From positions 7,626,001-7,690,000 of the forward strand of contig JBHGNT010000018.1 of NCBI GenBank assembly GCA_043228905.1: DNA of 64,000 nucleotides, written 5' to 3'. Both the position numbers and the translations under genes were made by a program. The DNA is from Azolla caroliniana. Taxonomy: Eukaryota; Plantae; Polypodiophyta. The notes below the pieces were generated by a model. That model did not search any database. It was not told where the DNA came from and was given only the letters and a program-made list of their open reading frames with translations. Shown piece after piece: positions 23,273 through 35,062 of this stretch (position 1 is the stretch's first letter; each line of letters starts with the position of its first letter).

Positions 23273-23841
23273 CTGCTAGACCCTGATTTTCGTGACATCC
23301 TGGTCTGTGACTCAATGACTTCACTCTAATCGTTTACAGTAAAAGACAGTGATGCAAGACTGTTACAATAAAAGAAAAAAATAAGATATATAAAAGCATG
23401 TAATGTGTAGTTGATGCATACCTTGACGAGAAGAGAACTGGTGGTGCTGGTGGTCTGAAGGTGGAATGTCGATATTTGAGATTTTGTGTTGTTGTGGGAG
23501 CTTCGTTTGTGTTCGTGATAAGAGTGATCCATTTGTTTGAATTTCGAACTAAACCTCAAGATTAACAGGACTTTGGTGACATTAAAGTTAAGTATAGGTG
23601 ATGACACTGTTCCACATGTTCCACTAGGTCAAAAACCCAAGTTCAAATTTTTTAGTATTCCTATATTACCTATTCACCATAATAAATGACATGCATTTAA
23701 TTAATAAAGCAATACAATTTCGTAGATGGTCTAGAAGATTTGCCCACTAAAATCTAGCTAAATAAACAGCTAAATAGTTGTGCCCATTTTAGCTACATGT
23801 TAGCTATAATAGTGTTTCCATTCTCATGCTTTCACCCTCTA

Positions 23842-26800
23842 CTACTCCAAGATCCTTCTTTGGGAACTTGTCTTTTATTGAGTGATAACTTGTTACATTC
23901 ATTTGTAGGAGTTTGAGGCAATGGGAAAATCATATACATATATACCAATGATAACAAAATTGGTTTCTTCCTTCCTAATGTATAAAATTGGCTCGACTTG
24001 AAGACGTCTAAATCCAATAGCTTCAAGATAGGTGTGAAGTTTGTGGTGCGACTAATGAGGGATTGTTGAGCTTACAAAGTATGGATGTTGTTCCGTGTAT
24101 ATTTCTTTGTCAAGGTCACCATGCAAGAAGGTAGTCTTGATGTAAATATCATGAAGCTTGAGATTTAGACTTGCAGTGATGCTAAACATCAAACCCATCG
24201 GAACCATCTAGAAAGTTGGTGCAAATGTATCTTTATAATCAACTCCATGGATTTGGGTAAATCCCCTTGTACCCAAGAGTGCCTTCAATCTATCTAGATT
24301 TCCATTTGTGTCAAATTTCTTTGTGAGTACGCATTTGCACGATAAAACATTCTCACCACTAGGTAGGGGCACTAAACTCCATATCTCATTCTTTTCTAGT
24401 GCTTTGATTTTTGCTTGCACGGTTGTTTGCCATTGACGTTATTTGGGGCTTTGTAATGTTTCTTTGCCAAATGGGTGGATGTTGTCAAAAGGGGCGAGTG
24501 CTTCATAATTTTGAGTATACTCGGTTTCTTCATCTAAATCCACCATTAATGCATCTATAAGATTAGTTATCTCATAAATGTCATTTAGGGATCAATATTT
24601 CTTTTTCTTTATAGGTACAAGGATTGCTATTTTTCAATTAGAGTTGTGTCACCTTGAGAGATATCTTTTGAATGTTTGGTTTGGGGAATTTAAAAAAATG
24701 GAATGTGAAAGGGTAGAGTTTGAAAAGTGGGGCAGAAAACAAAATTTTTAGTTGGGGTTTGTCAAAAATTGGTGGCAATGAGAAGCTATAAGGCTGGTTG
24801 TTTATGCTTGGAGTGAGAGGATCATTTATTTTCATTTTCTCTTAGCTCCACCATGCCACCACCACCATTGTCGTCGTTGTGATGTGCCACCTCCATGTTG
24901 CCTTCTATTACTATGCCACCACCAACTTTTGTAGCATCACCATCTACTTCCCCACATTGCCACTTGCTATACTTGTGAATGTAAGCTTGGTATTTCTATT
25001 TTCACTCACATTTTATAGTTTCTTGATTGTCATGATTTTATGTACACTATTCCTCTCCTTTTCTTCTTCGATTGTAGGGCTTCACTCATTTTGTTGACAT
25101 GCTCCTTGCAATATTGGTGATTATTCATATATTGTATAATGCGAATATTTTGTAAGTTTGGGGATATTTTGAGGATAGTATTTGTTCATATAAAGTGACA
25201 GATACACTATTTATAAATTTATAATTTTCTGGGTTAAATAATTTATATCCCTTCATCCCATTGGATTTGGTATACCCTACTAATATACAACACCTTGGGA
25301 ATGACGTGACTTTAAGCAATTGTCCCAAATATATTTAATTGTTCAACAATAGGTTTTCTTCCAAACCATAAGAAAAATTATGTATCCAATCCAAATACCT
25401 TAAAGGAGATCAATTTTATAAATAACACGCTATAGAGATAACCAAAATTGGTTGTGTAGTCTGACCACTTGAAGCATGCTTCGACTTGCATCCAAAAACA
25501 TTTTATTCCTTTAGTATGCAACACCATTTTGTTGTGGGTTGTATGAAGTTGTAAACTCATGTCTTATGCCTTATGTCTTACAAATTCCTCGATTTGGTTG
25601 AACTATATTCTCTACCATTCTCTGTTCTAATTGTTTTGAATTTAGATGGAGATTGGTTTTTGACAAGTGCTTTGTTGTAGGTTTTGACGGCTTTGAAAAC
25701 ACCAACTTTACTCTTGATGAAGAAAATCATGGTGAGCCTTGTGAAGTCATCAATAAAAGTAATAAAATATCGATTACCAGTTATCAAAGTTATTTGAAAA
25801 GGCCTACATAGGTCGGAATGGATGATTTGGAGTGGCGTTTCGGTTTGATGAACATGGTGGGGGAACTTTTGTCTACTTTGTTTGCCGTAGATGCATTTTT
25901 CACAAATAGATAAATACAGAAATGGTTTATTTGGTACACCTACAACAAGTTTCTACGTTTGAATTTTCTTCATTCATTTTGGATATAGGTGGCTTAGCCT
26001 AGGATGCCATATCAAGGTTTGATCATCTTGTTGATGCTTGAAGCTATATGCTTCTACTGCGAATTTTCTATAATCTTTAATGGGTATAATTTTCCCATCT
26101 TCGGACGTGTTGTTTTAATTATCTCTAATGTGGGTAACTTACAAGAAATTATAGTGCAATTGTAATGAAGTTCTACTGTTGTTCCATTTGATGTAACTTC
26201 AGTTATAGATTTTAAATCCTTTGCTAACTCCGAGACAAATTAAACATTTAAGATGGTAAATTTAGATTTATTATGGATTGATAGATAAATGGTACCCTTT
26301 CCAAGTGCTAATCTGGTTCCATTATCTCCGAAATGTATCTCAAGTGGGTGATGAAGTGGATTGTAATAATGTAACCATTCTCCACTCCGGTGCCAAAGTA
26401 CCATAGTCTTTCCAAGATTAAATCAAGTTTCATATCTTCATCACTTTTATGACATGCTGATAATTCTTGCTCGAAGGCTACTAATTCTTCCTCTAAGGCT
26501 AACTTCCATTTCCAATCCGACAAGGTGTCTCAAAGTGTTGATCTTCGTTGTTTTGACTGAGGGTTTGTGGCATTCTTTCAATGTACCCCATAGTTCTTTT
26601 GATGTTTTTAGTTCTATTACTAAATTTATTTGCTCATCAGTTAGATGCATAACCAATTCCATGAGTGCGTCAATATCTTTATTTGTCCATTCTATCAATT
26701 CTAGGATGGTTGTATGTTTGGTATTATACCGCTCACAATGTCGATTCATTGTGCTCTTTCGAGGATTAGGCTCATCCTTAATTTCCACATTCTATAGTTC

Positions 26801-27354
26801 TTGTTGTTGAGTTTTTCCATGGTGTAATTTCTTGTCATTGACATTGTTTTGTGCATCAATATCTTTATTTTTCCATTCTATCAATTCTAGGATGGTTGTA
26901 TGTTTGGTATTATACCGTTCACAATGTCGATTCATTGTGCTCTTTCGAGGATTAGGCTCATCCTTAATTTCCACATTCTATAGTTCTTGTTGTTGAGTTT
27001 CTCCATGGTTCTCCATGATGTAATTTCTTGTCATTGTCATTGTTTTGTTTTTGAACTTGTGTTGGAATCCATCTTCGCAAATCTTTCAGGTCGATATTCT
27101 TGATGGTTGTGCTTTCATTCCTAGGAGAAGGTTTTGATACCATGTATGTGTCACATTTTTATAGGTGGAAGAGATCATAGGGAAGTTTGTAGTGGGAATG
27201 TTCATCGTGATCAAATCTCACAGGAATGTGTTGTAAACATCATTGTGAACAAGAGTCACAACAATAGGTTTTTATTTATTCTTATTTTTATTTATTTATG
27301 ATATATTTGTATTTATATTAATGTCTAGTATTTCTAGTATTTAATATTTTAACA
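23842..27354 (-). mobile_element. Degenerate Ty1/copia (5' LTR 27143-27354, PBS, gag, PR, INT, RT truncated)
   Basis: TGGTATCAAAA PBS, RYFITFIDDFTR, RTENGREY, WSLVPLP...GVDYKDTFAP. Confidence 0.85.
26671..27050. repeat. 186-bp tandem duplication in copia gag
   Basis: The identical peptide MEIKDEPNPRK... starts at 26788 and at 26974. Confidence 0.9.
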
Positions 27355-29011
27355 TGCCCGATCCTCGATTCTCACCCATTTAAACAATGCCTTGGAAATA
27401 ACGGCATGAACTAGTGTTGCAAAGTTGGCTAGGACCTAACAAAACATGAGGTTGTGCCACCATATCTACAAGGAAATCAAGGAAGGCCTTCCATGTTTGA
27501 TGGTGCCATTGCGTTGAGTAGGGTGTTAACTATTGGCCCATGCATACTTATAGCTTGTAAATCTTTTACGGAACAGCGATTGGGCTCACTAGTGTTTGAC
27601 AACATTGAGATCTTCCTTTTACCTAATATTCCTAGAGTAAGGCATGCCTACAACCCAACTATTTTAATGCATGATTGTAACTTGGCTATTGTATTGTTCC
27701 ATCTCCATCTCTAGTACGAAGTTGAAGTTGGTATGAACTCCAAGATCATGCACAACAATCTATACTACATGTGGATCTGTTTGATTAAACACCCAATGCT
27801 AAGACTTGGGAGCTCACAGAGAATTTAGTAAATGGTCATCTTTGGCGTCCTAATAAGCTAGAGCTAAGTCCTAGTTTGTGCGTTGCAGCATTTCGAAATC
27901 ATCATTGGGGAGGGGAATGGTGACATGAGGATATAGAATGTCATAGATTGATAGGGGAAAAAAGCTCATGCAGTCCTCTATGTGCAGTTGAAACCTTAGA
28001 AGCTATATTATGATACCCTATAACATAATTATTTTAATGTGTCACAAGTAGTGTTGTACATCTTCACATTACCATAGGCCAGAGTGTGATGCATATGCGA
28101 TCAACAACTAGAAAGCATGCAAAATAGCTAAATGACAAGCATGTATTATGGATGGGTGGCAAGCATGCATAATACTATGGAGGTACTATATATAGGGGAG
28201 ATCACCATATTGTCAAAACCATTCATGGTAAATGTCAGTCCTCAACATATAAACTTGTAATCTCATAAGTTTTTTTCTTCTTTTGTTCCTTTTCATGAGA
28301 TGCATGGCATCCCATCATCCCATTATATTTTGGCTCATCTTTATTGGATGTATATAACCTAGGTATATATTAACAACCTCAATGGCTTACCCTCCAACCG
28401 AAATGTTGTCTCTCAATCATGCCAACTATCTAGGTCGTGTCCAAGAAAGATTAATATCTATCTCCAAAAATGTAATAAGCTCCCCGAATTGAAAGGCTCT
28501 CTTGTGCTCAAAATATTTTGTCATATAGGACAATATAATTATCTCCAAAATTTCAACCAAATCACTAATTTGGGACAATAAGTTTCATGATATTTGTGTA
28601 CTGATATTATGGTACAAAAGCAATCAAACAGGTGTATTAGGAATACTCAAAAACTTTTTGGTCTAGTGGTACAATTACCTCCTTTTTGTTCTCAACATAC
28701 TTCAATTAAAACAGAGGATGCGGTTTGGATAAAAAACAATCCGAATGAATTCGAAACCCTATCACAGCTTACAAGATTGAATTGCTTCTATAAACTCTGT
28801 TTTATAACTCAATACTCAAACTCTCGCTCGCTCTCTTTTTTCTATTGTATGCATATTGTTCTTGCAATGTCCTCTGCACCAGATTCTCTCTCCCTTTCTC
28901 ATATGCAACAAAATACTATATGATTCTAACAATCATTTGAATGTATTTTCCAAACTATCCAAAACAGGAACCTTATTTTCCTACCATAAATTATGGCATT
29001 ACATACAAGTA

Positions 29012-29016
<5 letters not shown>

Positions 29017-29045
<29 letters not shown>
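29017..29045. repeat. (TA)n microsatellite
   Basis: Direct reading of the sequence. Confidence 0.9.
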
Positions 29046-29049
<4 letters not shown>

Positions 29050-29376
29050 GTATTTAGTTATGTATAAATTTTTGTTCACCAAATGAGAGCCTCAATCACA
29101 TGACTGCTGAAGCTCACCATTACTGCACATTTCATAATGTAGATCTAGACATTTTAACACTCTAGGATAAGTTTTCATACCAATGTATGTGGATATGCTT
29201 CCTTACACATGTAGCATGTGAATCAAATGATGATGATATGACCAGTATATATAATAATCACACCATAACTTTGAGTTACACACAGAAATATATTATGCAG
29301 ATTAATGACATCTCCACTCCGAGCTCGATCAAGAATCCGCTCTTCATCATCGTTGACGAAATCATCATCATCATCA

Positions 29377-30750
29377 TCATCTAGAGAACGGCTTCTCTAG
29401 AAGAGCAGAGAGGTAGACCTCATGGAGATCGGCACCGCGGTCAAGCTTCGGTGCAATAGCCCATCTTCGTTTCTTGTAGCCAAGTTTGTGAAACAAAGGG
29501 AGATAGATCTCTTCCAGTTGATGCTCGATGCAAAAGAAGTGGTCTAGCCACAGGATGCCGCCCGGACGGAGCACTCGATCTATGTCAAAGAGAACGAATT
29601 CGAGTGTCGTGATTGGGATCCAGTTACTAAGCACATGCATCGAGTGAATGAGATCGAGCGTGTTGTCGAAGAACGGTAGGCGTTGTGCGATACTGAGGTA
29701 TAGCGGCACCACTCCTCGTAGGGCAATGAAGCTGTTGAAAGGTCCATTCAGATTGAGAGAGCTCGTGATAATGGTGACATTATGTTCCATCATTCTCACC
29801 GCGAAGCTCGCCGTGCCTCCCCCTATGTCTAGCCCCACCCGGATTGTCCCTTTCTTCATCGCCAACACCTCCTCGACCGAGTAGTCAAGATCCGTATCTT
29901 GCTGACTTCTTTCCGTCCACCGTAACCATTCCCGTCCATCCAGCTCGAAACAATCGATGCAATCCTCGAACACGCCTTTGTTCTTCCTGTCATTCAAGCA
30001 CTCGAAGCTCTTGCATGTGTAGGGTGTCCATAAGATGCTCTCATCTTTAGGCATCGTCCACATGCTCTCGGGTCGTGGATATGGCTCCTTGTATGACTTC
30101 GGAGCCTTTGCAAAACAGCGTCGTCTAGGTAATGGCTCACATCCATGAACCATGAGGGATTGGGCAAGCCCTTGATCATCCGGGCAAGGCCCACCGACCT
30201 CGTAATCCATATATTTAAGCAAATCTTCGATCACGAGCTCACATGAGTGGCCGATCGGTGACACCATCGTGGAACTCGCCAATCCCGAGCTCCATCCTAA
30301 TGGTAACTTCTTCTCTCCTATGTACTCATGCAGCTCCTCGCTCATCGTTTGTGCTTCACGCAAGCTGATGATTGTATTCGTAGAATCTTCGTCCTTCGGT
30401 GCCATGTGATTCTCATGAGATTCTGATGGGGTGTCGGGCGTTGAGCGCAATGTACCGTTTTCAAGCAAGTTATGAGCGAGTTCGAGAGCAGCTTCGAGAT
30501 CTTGCCGGAGTTGGAAGACTTCGGATTGTGTCACTTGAAGCTCAGTCTCTGTGATGTTGAGCTCAGACAGCAAATTATTGAAACCAAAATGATTCGAAAG
30601 AGATGGAGAAGTTGAGCTGGATTCAAATGAAGTGGTTAAATGGAAGCCACTACTAGATTTCCAAGAGAAACCCACGTAGATAGAGATCAAATTGGAAGCA
30701 ACGAAAAGAAAAAGAGCTAGGATATAAGGCTTGGAATCAGTAGAAGCCAT
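29377..30750 (-). CDS. Probable type II membrane SAM-dependent methyltransferase, At1g29790/At5g40830 family
   Basis: Intact 457-aa ORF with N-terminal TM helix and coiled coil, GCEPLPRRRC, motif I IRVGLDIGGGTASFA, RLPFFDNTLDLIHS and DRVLRPGGILWLDHF. Confidence 0.95.
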   Translation of the reverse strand: MASTDSKPYILALFLFVASNLISIYVGFSWKSSSGFHLTTSFESSSTSPSLSNHFGFNNLLSELNITETELQVTQSEVFQLRQDLEAALELAHNLLENGTLRSTPDTPSESHENHMAPKDEDSTNTIISLREAQTMSEELHEYIGEKKLPLGWSSGLASSTMVSPIGHSCELVIEDLLKYMDYEVGGPCPDDQGLAQSLMVHGCEPLPRRRCFAKAPKSYKEPYPRPESMWTMPKDESILWTPYTCKSFECLNDRKNKGVFEDCIDCFELDGREWLRWTERSQQDTDLDYSVEEVLAMKKGTIRVGLDIGGGTASFAVRMMEHNVTIITSSLNLNGPFNSFIALRGVVPLYLSIAQRLPFFDNTLDLIHSMHVLSNWIPITTLEFVLFDIDRVLRPGGILWLDHFFCIEHQLEEIYLPLFHKLGYKKRRWAIAPKLDRGADLHEVYLSALLEKPFSR

Positions 30751-31683
30751 TAGATCAATAATGTAGATCTATAGTGTTGTCTATAAGAAAGAAAAGGTCC
30801 AATTAAATCATGAGTGGTCCAATGACTCGCTATAAAACATAGCTAATCAATCATTCTTCGCTATTGTGAAGGCAGAAGCTAGCTCTTCCTCAATTCCATT
30901 CATTACCTTCTCATCATGTGCATTATCATTCTAGCTATATTATGCATGTACATGCACGATTTATTCACCAAGGAACCACCATTATTTAATACCAAAGGCA
31001 TGTATAGATAACAACGAATGTAACACCACAATATAAAATAAATGTTTCTCAGCCTTAATTAATGGCTTCAAATCGGAAGCCCAATGTATGTAACGGATAG
31101 ACATGATTTGAACATGTAATGCCAAACCTTCTTAATTGCTTAAAAATCATTATGATCTAGGCATAATAAACATCATGTGTATTGCTCTTGCCATTTCTTT
31201 TGAAGCCCACGATGAAATCTCACCCTATGGTTAATTGCCACCTTGTAAATTTCCCATTTCCTAGTAGAACAACTTCTTGGAAACAGTCTTTGAGCTAGGA
31301 AACAGATTTTTGTATCATCGTTGCTTTAGATAAGTGTGAATCCAATCATAAATCATTGCATTCTCTTGGTCTAACAAGAGAGCATTCATGTTTTTCTTCA
31401 ATTTAAAACCAAAACAATCCCCCTTTCTTCTGTTTTTGAAAGTGTGTAACCATGTTTAGACATGAACATGCACACGTTTTGAAAATAATATTGTATTTTA
31501 AATCACCATGTCAAAACTGTAAAGGACATTATAACCATAGGGAAACAAATAAGTTGTAAAAAGCATTAATGGTTTTATTCAACCAATATATAACCCAAGG
31601 GTTAAAGTTGTAAAGTATATTTTGTATTGGACATGTCCACTTTATGGAATTAATGGATATTGTAAGTAGTGCTCTCTCTTCAT

Positions 31684-34080
31684 TGTTAAGATTATTGGGA
31701 ATCCGGATTAGCTTCGACAACCAACACACTAATGACACACACAGTTGAAAAACAGAATATGACAGATTTTACGTGGAAAACCCAAATCGGGGAAAACTAT
31801 GGGACCCGCAAAACTTTCACTATGCTCAGAGTACAAGTGAGAACAACCTCTCTAGGCCTCACTAGAGGAATACAAATGCATCAAGGCAACAACCTTGGTA
31901 ATAGTCTTCACACGATTGGATGGAAGGAACAACAAGAAGACAAGAAAAACGCAGAACAAAATAGCCTCATACAGAGACGGACAGGAAAGTCGTTCTCCTG
32001 TTGTGAGGTGCGTGCTTCTTGACGATGCGAACAACCCCTCTTGAAATCTATGTCCCTTAGTCTACACAGTTCTAAAAACGCTCTCACACTCTCCTCTTGT
32101 TGCTTTTTTCCAGTCACACACCCTCTGTGTGTATATTTTTCCCTTCTTGCCTATCGTGGATATATACATACACAAATATATACATATATATAAATAAAGA
32201 TAAAAATTACTTTTGGCCATTAGCTAGCTCTCAGCTATGGGTTCCACTTGAGTCAAAAAACCCCACAATTCTCCCTCTCCATCTCAAGTCGGGGCACAAC
32301 CATGTTTGGCTTTTGTTTGCAAGCTTCAAGCTTCTCTTGTGACAAACACTTTGTCATCATGTCTAAGCCATTCTCATTGGTATGAACCTTCTCAACATGT
32401 GCATCTACTTTTCTTCAAGCACATCTTGAATCCAATGGTATCTCACATCAATATGTTTAGACTTAGCATGAAAGGAAGAGTTCTTGCATAAGTGTATAAC
32501 ACTCTGACTATCACAATACAGTTTATACCTTTCTTGCATCAGCCCCAACTCATGTAGGAATCTCTTCAGCCATATCAATTCTTTACAAGCTTTTATGGCA
32601 GCAATATACTCTACTTGTCTTATGGATAATGCCACACATATTTGGAGTTTTGGTTGCCAAGAGACAAATCCCCCCTGCAAAGGTATTAGATACCTTGATG
32701 TGGATTTTCTTGAGTCAATGCCACCGCCCATGTCTGCATCTGTATACAGTTTGGTTCTCACCAAATTTTAGACAGACTCTGGGGTACCTGTCAAATATCC
32801 CAGAATCCATTTCATTGCTTACTATAACAACTACATGAGCAATGTCAAGCCTTGTGCATACCATAACATACATCAAACTGCCAATTGTAGAAGCATATGG
32901 TATTTGTTTCATTTTTTCTTGTTCTTCCTCACTCTAGGGCACCGTACTAAGCCGAGTTTAAATTGGCCCTCGAGTGGAGTGTTGATTGGCTTACACGTAA
33001 CCATGTAAATCTCTCAAGAAATTTCTTAATATACTTTTCTTGAGACAACTAAAGTCTTTTGCTTGCTCTATCCCTAGCTATCTTCATCTTGAGGATTTCT
33101 TAATAGAAAAAGACTTGCTAAGCTCTCTTTTCAATTTCTCAATCTTGTTGGTATCTCAACCAACAATCAATATATCATCTACATATAAGAGTAGGATGAT
33201 AATATCACCATCTAAGAATTTCTTAAAGAACATACAATTATTTGAGTTAGTCATGTTATAGCCATGGGCTGACATAAACGAGTCAATTGTTTTGTACCAA
33301 AGTCTGGGAGCTTGTTTTAGACCATACAAGCTCTTCTTTAACCTACATATGAGGTTTTCTTTTCCTTTGACATGAAATGTCTCATGTTGCTCCATATAGA
33401 TTTCTTCATTCAAATCACCGTGAAGGAAGGCGGTTTTTACATCAAGTTGTTCAATTTCTAAATTGAGTTTGGATGTGATCCCAAGTACAACTCTGATTGA
33501 GGACATCTTCACCACTGGTGAAAAGATCTCCTCGAAATCAATATCCTTTTTCTGATTGAACCCCTTGACAACCAATCTAGCCTTGTATCTTGGTTGTGAG
33601 CAATGTTCCTCAGTCTTGAGCATGTAAACCCATTTGTTTTTCAATGCTATCTTGCCCTTAGGCAGCTTTGATAAGTCATAGGTGTGATTGTCTTGCAAAT
33701 ACTTCATTTCATCATTCATGGCGTCAAACCATTCCTCTTTTTTATCATGTGGCATAACTTCTCTAAAGCTTTTTGGCTCTCACATATCTGTGAGCAACAC
33801 ACATTCATGTGGACTGTATCTAGTAGAAGGTTGTCTTTGTCTTATAGACCTTCTATCCTCTTCCTCTTGCCGTGGGGCCATTGGAATGTCATCACTCTAT
33901 TCACCTAGAGTGCGATGATCATGATTTTGCTCATCATCATGACCGGTTACATCATCATACTCCACATCTCCCCCGTGACCTTGAGTGTCTACGATAGGAG
34001 TTGAATGAGTGGTGACTAAAAAATCACGAGTGAAATTTGGCATTTCATTCAGCTCTGAATCATGTAAAGTCTGATTCTCA
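31684..34080 (-). mobile_element. Ty1/copia 3' half (3' LTR 31684-32267, RNase H, RT)
   Basis: YTDAD, YCDSQS, KHIDVRYHW, QLDVKTAFLHG and LLLYVDD. PPT GGAGAGGGAGAA precedes TGTGGGG...TTAACA. Confidence 0.9.
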
Positions 34081-34840
34081 ATCAGAAAAAGGGTATTGAT
34101 TTTTAGGAGATCTTTTCACCAGTCATGAAGATGTCCTCAATCAGAGTTGTGCTTGGGATCACAACCAGTCTCAATTTAGAAATTGAACAACTTGATGTAA
34201 AAACCAACTTCCTTCATGGTGATTTGGATGAAGAAATCTACATGGAGCAACCTGAGAGGTTTCAAGTCAAAGGAAACAAAACCTCGTATCTAGGTTAAAG
34301 AAGAGCTTGTATGGTCTAAAACAAGCTCCTAGACTTTGGTACAAAAACATTGACTCGTTTATGTTAGCCCATGTGTATAACAAGACTAACTCAAATAATT
34401 GTGTGTTGTTTAAGAAATTCTTAGATGGTGATATCATCATCCTACTCTTCTATGTAGATGATGATATCACCTATGAAAGACTTTTTCTATGAAAGACTTG
34501 GGACTAGCTAAGCAAATCCTCAAGATGAAGATAGTTAGGGATAGAGCAAGCAAAAGACTTTAGTTGTCTCAAGTAAAGTATATTAAGAAAGTTCTTGACA
34601 GATTTAAAATGGCTAAGTGTAAGACAATCAACACTCCACTCATGGGCCAATTTAAAATCAGCTTAGTACGGTGCCCTACAAGTGAGGAAGAACAAGAAAA
34701 AATGAAACAAATACCATATGCTTCTACAATTAGTAGTTTGATGGATGTTATGGTATGCACGAGGATTGACATTGCTCATGCAGTTGGTATAGTAAGTCAT
34801 TTTCTTTCTAACCCTAGAAAAGATCATTGGGAAGCGTTTA
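34081..34840 (+). mobile_element. Inverted copy of the adjacent copia RT segment
   Basis: Reverse complement of about 32820-33557. Both arms encode YGLKQAPRLWY and MKQIPYAST. Confidence 0.88.
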
Positions 34841-34844
34841 GATT

Positions 34845-35018
34845 CGAACTCAACTTCCCCAATGAAATGGTTTCACACTAGCCAGAGGACATACTAGGCT
34901 AGTTTTGTAAATAGTAGAAAGGGCAGGTGTCCTAGACTAGTTGGTATTTAAACCAACCCTTTGTAACTTAGTTAGGGTTGGATGGAATTTATCTTTTCAC
35001 TAATATAACTTCTTCTTC

Positions 35019-35062
<44 letters not shown>

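Larger units (their letters stand above)
2594..23841 (-). mobile_element. Putative non-autonomous hAT-like (Pack-type) element carrying a spliced RING-H2 pseudogene; other end not seen
   Basis: Terminus TAGAGGGTGAAAGCATG at 23841 resembles the Ac TIR TAGGGATGAAA. The same roughly 235-bp terminal segment recurs at 47751. It truncates the copia RT at 23842. Confidence 0.5.

Noticed and set aside
23800-23820. CACTA terminus (TAGTG/CACTA)
   Set aside because: Homology between the two copies extends about 25 bp beyond it, to the TAGRGG end.
27360-27900. Possible decayed coding fragment
   Set aside because: The minus-strand frames I translated contain many stops, and neither they nor the short plus-strand ORF show a motif I could assign.
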